24,000 nt of DNA from Actimicrobium sp. CCI2.3. GTDB lineage: Bacteria > Pseudomonadota > Gammaproteobacteria > Burkholderiales > Burkholderiaceae_D. A program made the position numbers and the translations under genes. Location of the stretch: NCBI RefSeq assembly GCF_034313845.1, contig NZ_JAVIWN010000003.1. One strand, written 5' to 3'. This document shows positions 7,579 to 14,115 of the stretch, one piece after another. Every line of letters begins with the position of its first letter. Positions within the stretch are counted from its first letter, which is position 1. Below the pieces are notes generated by a model. That model saw only the letters and a list, made by a program, of their open reading frames with translations. It was not told the origin of the DNA and searched no databases.

Positions 7579-7866
7579 TCAGTAGCCGGGACGGTAGTCC
7601 TGTCCTTGGTCGTAGCGGCTTTGCCAGTGATGCAGATAGGTCGCTGCGAGGGTAGGATTATTCCAGAGGGCGAGGACTTTTTTGGAATTACGGTTCGCTG
7701 CGGCGCTGTAGTTGAACGAGCCGGTTTGCACGTACCGGCCAGCGACGATGATCACCTTGTCGTGGTGGATCGCATAGGTAGCGATGGTATGCGTCGGGAT
7801 GCCGGCGGATTTATCAAGTCTACGAAAGGCTAGTCGCTCATGCTTTCCGGTCCTGTCTGCCTTCCT
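7579..7866 (-). pseudogene. nuc: PLD-family endonuclease Nuc, 5'-truncated fragment (C-terminal 95 codons)
   Basis: It is absent from the ORF track because it has no start codon. Minus-strand translation is RKADRTGKHERLAFRRLDKSAGIPTHTIATYAIHHDKVIIVAGRYVQTGSFNYSAAANRNSKKVLALWNNPTLAATYLHHWQSRYDQGQDYRPGY*. It has the HxK...GSxN signature and the ...HWQxRxxQGxDYRxxY tail recalled from plasmid Nuc proteins. TAA lies in frame just upstream (7867-7869), and the signal peptide and N-terminal half are missing. Confidence 0.75.
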
Positions 7867-7920
7867 TTAACTGGGAACAAACTCCCTGCGAAATCATGGT
7901 CGTACGTGTCGTTTTTCTCC

Positions 7921-7949
7921 TTGAATTCGGCCGTGTCACCTGCAATACT
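7921..7949 (+). promoter_or_regulatory. Candidate sigma70 promoter for the non-coding region upstream of ORF 8344
   Basis: TTGAAT (7921-7926), 17-nt spacer, AATACT (7944-7949). Confidence 0.3.
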
Positions 7950-8038
7950 GAAATTGCTTTCGTGGGTATCGCACTCACACAGCCTTCATTACGGCGCAAC
8001 ATTCGGCCGTGCTTGAAGTCCGGTCCTGCACCGGCGTC

Positions 8039-8060
8039 GCAGACGTTACCTGCCCTTGTT
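8039..8060 (+). repeat. Conserved non-coding motif, copy 2 (GCAGACGTTACCTGCCCTTGTT)
   Basis: It matches 5802-5824 with one substitution and one 1-nt indel. It is preceded by hairpin CCGGT-cctgc-ACCGG (8020-8034) and followed by ACCGG-ttgcggagtaat-CCGGT. Confidence 0.6.
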
Positions 8061-8230
8061 GTGACCGGTTGCGGAGTAATCCGGTTTCCGGTTTGTCGCC
8101 GCAGTTGTTGGTGGTGACTTGATCAGCGTTCCTCCCGGGCGCGGTCGAGATGTAAGCGCTATCTCGGCTGACATCTCATGTGGTCGTGCGGTGATGGTGC
8201 TTTGCGCACCGACCGTATGTCTACCGAGCA

Positions 8231-8270
8231 GGCTCTCCGTTCTCCGGAACCGAGAGCCTTTTTGTTGTTC
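8231..8270 (+). terminator. Rho-independent terminator-like hairpin
   Basis: GGCTCTC-c-GTTC / tccg / GAAC-c-GAGAGCC gives 11 paired positions with one C/C mismatch and a tetraloop (8231-8258). It is followed directly by TTTTTGTTGTTCTTT. Confidence 0.6.
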
Positions 8271-8343
8271 TTTCCATCCTGCGGGGACCATCCGTTTCCC
8301 TGTGGGGGAAGTGGCGTCCCCATTTTTATGTATTGGAGCTGCC

Positions 8344-8814
8344 ATGTCGAATCACTATTCACCATCCCGTCCAACTGCATCGGTGACGGACGCCGAAGAA
8401 CGTGCCTGGATCAGCTTTTATGATCACATTGATGACGCGTCTGTTGCGGCGGAATTGCTCAGCTATATCGAAGCGGATCCGGAACTCAAGCGCACCCGGT
8501 CGGGTTTGTATCTGTGTGCGAGGCAGTCCGTCAGACGTGCCAATGCCCGGTATGCGCGGGCATTGCGTGTCGGTCAGTCTGTACGGGCCGTGATCGATGT
8601 GACGGTGTTTGCGCCGGTCATTCTGACCCGAAGGCTGTTGCGAGTGTTGGTGTTTTATGCAGTGGAGATGCTTCCCCAACTGCGTTGGCATCAAGCGGCG
8701 GAAAGTCAGCTGCCAAAGGCAGTGGAAAAGAAGACGGATTTCCCGGCGGTACTGCCGCGGTCCGTCTTTGAACGGAAAATGGCAGAAATACTTCCATTGG
8801 GGTGTCCGAAATAA
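8344..8814 (+). CDS. Hypothetical protein, 3' end replaced by IS-derived sequence (chimeric ORF)
   Basis: ATG 8344 has GGAG 7 nt upstream. Translation is MSNHYSPSRPTASVTDAEERAWISFYDHIDDASVAAELLSYIEADPELKRTRSGLYLCARQ.... The last 18 codons (RSVFERKMAEILPLGCPK*) are the tail of IS OrfB read from the solo IS end. I recognise no family. Confidence 0.45.
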   Translation: MSNHYSPSRPTASVTDAEERAWISFYDHIDDASVAAELLSYIEADPELKRTRSGLYLCARQSVRRANARYARALRVGQSVRAVIDVTVFAPVILTRRLLRVLVFYAVEMLPQLRWHQAAESQLPKAVEKKTDFPAVLPRSVFERKMAEILPLGCPK

Positions 8815-8827
8815 CTTGACCACTACA
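8761..8827 (+). mobile_element. Solo right-end remnant (67 bp) of the same IS3-family element
   Basis: 8761-8827 is identical to the last 67 nt of copy B (3725-3791), including the terminal repeat ...GGGGTGTCCGAAATAACTTGACCACTACA. The rest of the IS is absent. Confidence 0.9.
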
Positions 8828-8927
8828 GTTGCTCGGGCGAGTTCACGGGTTTCGGTGCAATGCCGGAATGGCCGTGGATCGCCCGGTTTTTTTGATTCGC
8901 CCGGTTTGTCTATCCTGGTCTTGCAGC

Positions 8928-11360
8928 TCAGCCAGCCACCATCCGATCCAGATCAATCACCGCATCAGCCATCGCCGTCAGTTCCGGCGTCTGCGATACA
9001 AAAAATTCCTGCGCATACCCGCCCAAGCGCAGCACCTCGCGCTTCATCGCCATGAACATCCGCTTGCGCTCGGGGTCGAGTGGTCCGTCGGCTTCGTCGG
9101 AGAACAGCGTGCTGTACTGCCGTCCGGCATCCTGCGCCAGATACAGTGCTATGGCGCGTATCAGGCACTCGTTGATGAAAACCCGTTCGCCACCGCTCAT
9201 CTGGGTCAGGCTCTTGCTGTCATCCGACTCACCGTCATGGACGACGATATCGAAACCTTCGCGCAGGTCTCCTTTGCCGGTTTCAACGAGGGTTCTGATC
9301 GAGACCGTGAAGCGCGGTCCGTAGCAGGCAAGCAGGAGATCGTTGGCCAGTCCGGATAGCTGCGGTCCTGCGTCATCGATGGCCAGGGCGATCACGCCGT
9401 CATGGGACAAACATTTGGTGAGCAGGAGCCAGGTGCCTAGCGCCTGTTCGATTGCCGCGATGGCTGTGCTTGCAGCAGTAATGCGCGTAGCCAGTTCGTC
9501 GAGTCGGTTGTCACAGGCGGTGGCTGCCTGCTGGTCGCGAATGGCATTCAGGTAGACGGCGTCGGTGGCGGCAAGGGTTCGTTGTGCTGCCTCGATCGTG
9601 TGCTGCCCAGCGACCAAACTGGATGTGTCGAACGGCGGTGGAAGGGCGCTCAATAAGGTATCGATTCGCCGCATTGAAGTTTGCTGGCGCTGCTGCTCCT
9701 GTTCGCGTCTGCTGGAGATTTCGGTACGTGCGGCGGCAATCGCAAGTCGTTCTGCGCGGTCTTCTTCGGTGTCGCCAACTCCCGCTTGCGGCAGCGCATC
9801 CCGTTCCGCTTCGATGCGTTGCAGTTCTTGCCGGGCGTGTGCGACCTCACCATGACGGGCAGCGAAGACAACGAGTGCGGCGCTGCGCTGGCGGGACCGG
9901 GACAGCTGCTGTTCCGCCCGCTCAAGCATTGGTCGTGGATCAGGTGAACGGGCTAGTGCCGCATTCGTGACGGCGATCTTTTCCAGAACCGCCGTGCGTT
10001 CTTGATGCAGGCGCGCGAGCTGCATTTCCGCAGACGGCTTCATCGTCTGCGCAGTGCGGGCATCACCAAGCAATTCGCAGCGACCCTGCAGTTCGTTCCC
10101 CGCACACGGAACCTGCGACGTTAGCCCGAAACGCCTGGTCAGTTCCTGCATCCGCAGTGCCGCCTGTCCGGCTTCGCGTTCGATGGTGTGCAGTTGCAGT
10201 TGATGCTCTTTGGCGCTCGTGCAAAGCGTCTCGTACTGCATCATGTCGTCGCGCAGTCGGGTGAGCCGTTGCTCTCTGATGGACGTGATGTTGTTGGCGA
10301 GCGGAAGGTGGGGCACGGCACGCGAAATGGTCGACGCTTGCCGCAGTAGCTGCCGGTATTGCGTACATCGCCGGTCGAGTTGCGTTCGTGCCGACTGCAG
10401 CGACGCCGTCTGCCGGGCGACCCGGCGTTCGACGGTTGAAAGCCGCTCGGCTTCGCGCCTGTCCTGCGCATCAAGTGCTGACAGTGCGCACTGTGCGTCG
10501 GCGGTCAGGACGGCGCGCTCGTCATCCAATTGCTTGCGGAGCGATGCTGTCTGATGGGCGAGTTGCTGTTCCGTGACCAGTGTTGCCAGTGCTGACTTGG
10601 CGGCCTCCAGAGTGGTGTGCGCCAACTGCCGTTCCTGTTCTGCAGCGGTCGTTTGCGTCTGCACGTCGCCCAGTCGTAGGCGTGCATCGCGGTGACCGGA
10701 CTCCTCGCGCTGCAGATCCGCAAGTGCTTGCCGCCGTGTCTCCAGTCCCGTACGCAGCAGTTTCGCGGTGGTGGCAGCGTGCCCGCCGAGTGTGCTGATG
10801 GCGTCAAGCCCGAGCAAGTCTGCCAGCAGGGCTTTGATGTCGGCATTCCGGTAAGCCGACAATGGCCGTCGGCCCTGCGCCGAAAAGACCGACGTAAAAA
10901 ACGTTTCCGGACTGCCGAGCAAGACATCCACGCAGCGCGCATAGGTCTCCACCTTCCCATCCGAGACAGTGCCATCGTCCAGCGCGACCGGCTCCCACCG
11001 TCCCGCATGATCGACATGCAGATAGGCCTCGGTTCTCTTGCGGCCATTCACCCGAAAAATCAGTTGCGAACGATAGCGCCGGCCGGCATGTTCCCAAGTC
11101 AGTGTCTTGGCGCTTTCGGGAAGATAAATGTGGTCGTAATACGAGAAGCTTCCGAGACCATCGGCACCGGCCCGCGAAGGCATCACTGGATACGGCGTTG
11201 CGTTGTCGATGATGGTTGTCTTGCCGCGACCGTTCATGCCTGTGATGGCGACGAGGCGGGCATCGCCGGCCAGTTGTTCGAAGTCGAGCGTGATGCTGTC
11301 GCGCCCGAGCCCGTCGCGAATGCCTTTAAATCCCTTCAGGTGCAATGACAGTGGTTTCAT
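8928..11360 (-). CDS. SbcC/Rad50-like SMC-type coiled-coil ATPase (810 aa), third gene of operon
   Basis: SD AAGGAGA lies 7 nt upstream of ATG 11360. Walker A is GMNGRGKTT (aa 41-49, nt 11214-11240) and the Q-loop is FSAQG (aa ~159-163). A central region of about 450 aa is rich in Q/R/E/A/L, consistent with a coiled coil. The ABC signature is MSGGE (aa 721-725) and Walker B/D-loop is TLFSDEADGPLD (aa 751-762). Confidence 0.9.
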   Translation of the reverse strand: MKPLSLHLKGFKGIRDGLGRDSITLDFEQLAGDARLVAITGMNGRGKTTIIDNATPYPVMPSRAGADGLGSFSYYDHIYLPESAKTLTWEHAGRRYRSQLIFRVNGRKRTEAYLHVDHAGRWEPVALDDGTVSDGKVETYARCVDVLLGSPETFFTSVFSAQGRRPLSAYRNADIKALLADLLGLDAISTLGGHAATTAKLLRTGLETRRQALADLQREESGHRDARLRLGDVQTQTTAAEQERQLAHTTLEAAKSALATLVTEQQLAHQTASLRKQLDDERAVLTADAQCALSALDAQDRREAERLSTVERRVARQTASLQSARTQLDRRCTQYRQLLRQASTISRAVPHLPLANNITSIREQRLTRLRDDMMQYETLCTSAKEHQLQLHTIEREAGQAALRMQELTRRFGLTSQVPCAGNELQGRCELLGDARTAQTMKPSAEMQLARLHQERTAVLEKIAVTNAALARSPDPRPMLERAEQQLSRSRQRSAALVVFAARHGEVAHARQELQRIEAERDALPQAGVGDTEEDRAERLAIAAARTEISSRREQEQQRQQTSMRRIDTLLSALPPPFDTSSLVAGQHTIEAAQRTLAATDAVYLNAIRDQQAATACDNRLDELATRITAASTAIAAIEQALGTWLLLTKCLSHDGVIALAIDDAGPQLSGLANDLLLACYGPRFTVSIRTLVETGKGDLREGFDIVVHDGESDDSKSLTQMSGGERVFINECLIRAIALYLAQDAGRQYSTLFSDEADGPLDPERKRMFMAMKREVLRLGGYAQEFFVSQTPELTAMADAVIDLDRMVAG

Positions 11361-11384
11361 TTTGGTTCTCCTTAATCCTATGCC

Positions 11385-12629
11385 TCAGCATCTGCTGATC
11401 GCTGGATTCGTCAACGGGTTGTCCTGCCCGAGAATGTGCATGGCGATCTCTTCGGGCGTCCCGCATTGCAGCGCCTGCAGGCATGCTTGCAGCGGTTCGG
11501 CGTGGACTTGCGTCACTTCAGCCCAAGCATTGACTTTGGCTACGAGACCAGCGGCTCGCGCGATACCGGCCGCGCGGGTGCGGACCACCGGGAGCAGACG
11601 TCCTTCGAACTTGACCTCGGCGGCGTCACGCAACAATCGCCGGATAGCCGTGCGATCGACCTGATGCCGGTCTTCCTCCGGGACCTGCCAGCGCAAGCGA
11701 ATGAAGGTATCGGCAACATCATCCCTCTTGGCGATGAGCGCCAGTTCGGCCATGTCCGGAAGTCCATCGAAGGTGATGTCGATGGTGCGGCGGGCCGGTG
11801 TGGCGTTCAATGTACAGTCGCTGCTGGCGGCATCGATGTGCCAGAGCAGAAATCCCTTGATACCGTGTTCGCCGTAATGGAAGCGGCCGATTGATCCGGC
11901 GTAGGCGATGCACCGTCCGTCCTGTTTCCACTGCTGATGCTGGTGGATGTGCCCGAGCAAAAAGGCGCTGGCACCGGCTGCGAACAGCGAGCCGGTAGTG
12001 AATTCGTGATCCGGTCCCGCCATTGGCACACCGTGTTCGGTCACACAACCGTTGACGGTGCCGTGCGACACGCCGATGGTTGGGATACCCCGGCGGCGTG
12101 CGTCGTCATTTAATGAGGCAAATCCGCGCAGCACTCGAGCGAGGTGTTCGCCGGTTGCATTCGCTGCCTCGCAGGCACCGACTGTCGCTGCGACCTGCGC
12201 CTTGTTGACGGTCGGTACGCACGAGAACAGCGCCTCGGTACCGTCGGGCAGCGCATCGAAGCGCCAGGAGGGTGCGGCCTGCCAGCGTCCGCCAATCAGC
12301 GCCACCTGACCGATGCGGTCGGCGACGAAGACCGGATACCGTCCACCGAGCAGCCGGAAAATATCCAGCGTTCCGGGCGGCTCATGACTGAAGGTGCCTT
12401 GCAGCATGAGTACCGGACAGTGGTCGGCCAGTCGCCGGAGTTGGGTCGCCAGCGCGACGAAAGCGGGCGCGTGGACATCGAGTGCGTGATCGGTGGCATC
12501 GCCGGACACGACGGCACAATCGACCCCGTACTGGATCGCTGCATCAATGGCAAAGCCGAAACAGCGATCGGCTTCGATCAAGTTTTTGCTGGCGTAATGG
12601 AGGTCGGAGAAGTGGGCAAGCCGGATCAT
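11385..12629 (-). CDS. SbcD/Mre11-like calcineurin-type metallophosphoesterase (414 aa), second gene of operon
   Basis: The ATG overlaps the upstream stop (ATGA at 12626-12629), with GGAGGA just upstream. Motifs are I FSDLH (aa 7-11), II GDATDH (43-48), III-like GTFSHE (78-83), IV GVSHG and V LGHIHQH. Confidence 0.9.
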   Translation of the reverse strand: MIRLAHFSDLHYASKNLIEADRCFGFAIDAAIQYGVDCAVVSGDATDHALDVHAPAFVALATQLRRLADHCPVLMLQGTFSHEPPGTLDIFRLLGGRYPVFVADRIGQVALIGGRWQAAPSWRFDALPDGTEALFSCVPTVNKAQVAATVGACEAANATGEHLARVLRGFASLNDDARRRGIPTIGVSHGTVNGCVTEHGVPMAGPDHEFTTGSLFAAGASAFLLGHIHQHQQWKQDGRCIAYAGSIGRFHYGEHGIKGFLLWHIDAASSDCTLNATPARRTIDITFDGLPDMAELALIAKRDDVADTFIRLRWQVPEEDRHQVDRTAIRRLLRDAAEVKFEGRLLPVVRTRAAGIARAAGLVAKVNAWAEVTQVHAEPLQACLQALQCGTPEEIAMHILGQDNPLTNPAISRC

Positions 12630-13918
12630 GATTCCTCCGCCAGGCGGGCATCCGCAGTCGGCGCGATGGTGTGGGCAATCTGGTCGATCAGCGAGCCGGG
12701 TTCGAGTTCAAAGTTGCGCAATTCGTTGAGCGCACGACGGCGACCCTGCGGATTACGCTTCCAGCCAGCACCCCAGCGTTTGTTGGCATACTGCTCGTAG
12801 CGTTCGGCATCGATACCGATCTGTTCGGCGAAGGCGATGATGTCGTCGGTGGTGATCGTGTCCTGTGCAGGACGCGCTGCCGGCGTTTCCTGTTCTGGTT
12901 CCGGCGGTGCTTCAGCGACCAACTGGGCATCGCCTTTGCCTTCAAGGATCTCGGCCGAACGGGCTGCATCCGCGATAGCCAAGGTGTCGTCGTCGTTATG
13001 CAGCAGCGCAGTCACATCACACGGCGCCTCGATCGCAATGAGCCATTGGGCAACGCGCACGGGTCGGCCATCGTCGTCGATGCGAGTGATGTCGGTGAGT
13101 TTCTTGGTGAAATAGAACGGCGTGCGCTTGTCGTCGAGGAAGCCGGAAATACGCCCACCACGCAGGAATGCCATGGTCTGAAAGGTCTGCATCGCGGCGT
13201 TCATTGCATAAAAACTGTTCGTCGGCAGCTCGAACGCATCGGTCGACGGGATGCCCGGCACGAAGAAGACGAAGCGGCCGGACAGGTTGCATTGCCGGTG
13301 CTGGTATTCCGGGCAGTGTTCTGGATCGCAAATACCGCCGTTGTCGGCGCGCGGGATCGCCTTGCGTCCGCCGAAAATGCGGATGACGCGCTTGCTGTCG
13401 GGATCTCTGGGCACTGGTGCATACGTCATGCAGTGCCGAACCTGCCCATCGGGCGAGTACTGCGACCAGTAGCGCCGATCGTTCGCGCCCCACGCAACAA
13501 GTCCGTGCGGCATCACGGTGTGCCAGTCATCAGACGGAAAAATGGCAGGAAAGCGATACAAACGCCGGATGCCGTCGCCCCGGTCTTCGCCGAATGCGTA
13601 GAGCAGTTGTGCGGCCGTGGCAGGATTGGGAAAGTCCCCTGGTCGCACCGTGAAATAAGGCACGTTCCTCGGTACCAGAGGGATCGTCAGATTGGGAACT
13701 GCCTGAGTGATGTCGCGCGCGATATCGTCGAACGAGCGGTTGGTTTGCACACCATGTTCATACAACGATTTGGCGCGCGGATTGGCGGCAGCATTCTTGG
13801 TGAGGACCTTGATGCCGGCGCGGATTTTGCCGGCGGTGCGCAGGGCGGCGGTGCGTTGCCCGAGCAGGGATGGAGGCTGATTATTCGCGCCGCTGACCGT
13901 AATGTTGGGGGTTGCCAT
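12626..13918 (-). CDS. Uncharacterised 430-aa protein with Cys/His cluster, acidic/Pro linker and small basic C-terminal domain; first gene of operon
   Basis: SD AGGAG lies 6 nt upstream of ATG 13918 and the stop is coupled to the next gene. Amino-acid composition is protein-like, unlike the antisense 445-aa ORF. The cluster is C163...C197-DPEH-C202-PEYQHRQ-C210. I recognise no catalytic motif. Confidence 0.8.
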   Translation of the reverse strand: MATPNITVSGANNQPPSLLGQRTAALRTAGKIRAGIKVLTKNAAANPRAKSLYEHGVQTNRSFDDIARDITQAVPNLTIPLVPRNVPYFTVRPGDFPNPATAAQLLYAFGEDRGDGIRRLYRFPAIFPSDDWHTVMPHGLVAWGANDRRYWSQYSPDGQVRHCMTYAPVPRDPDSKRVIRIFGGRKAIPRADNGGICDPEHCPEYQHRQCNLSGRFVFFVPGIPSTDAFELPTNSFYAMNAAMQTFQTMAFLRGGRISGFLDDKRTPFYFTKKLTDITRIDDDGRPVRVAQWLIAIEAPCDVTALLHNDDDTLAIADAARSAEILEGKGDAQLVAEAPPEPEQETPAARPAQDTITTDDIIAFAEQIGIDAERYEQYANKRWGAGWKRNPQGRRRALNELRNFELEPGSLIDQIAHTIAPTADARLAEES

Positions 13919-14115
13919 GGTTGGCTCCTGTGGGGTGGGTGTGGTTACAGGATGCCTGGGGAGGCGAGTTGTTCAAGTGGGCCGGTAGGTTCCATAGCGG
14001 TGATGTAATCGGGACGTACTGCTGACTTCAGATTTGACCCACCACAAAACACACTCCACCCAGCGAAAAGGTGTAATACACTTGTGCTACATTCACCGTT
14101 CATCAGGAGTGAAGC

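Noticed and set aside
8965-12800. Many 60-220-aa ORFs on both strands inside the ATPase and phosphoesterase genes (e.g. 10692-11348+, 12144-12800+, 10505-11047-)
   Set aside because: They are typical high-GC overlapping or shadow ORFs with Arg/Ala/Pro/Ser-dominated sequences. They are fully contained in long ORFs that have clear catalytic motifs.
12671-14008. 445-aa ORF on the plus strand, longer than the gene I call on the minus strand
   Set aside because: It is antisense to the 430-aa gene in GC-rich DNA. Its composition is shadow-like (runs of R/G/V/A). It has no SD, and it breaks the otherwise perfect translational coupling of the minus-strand operon.
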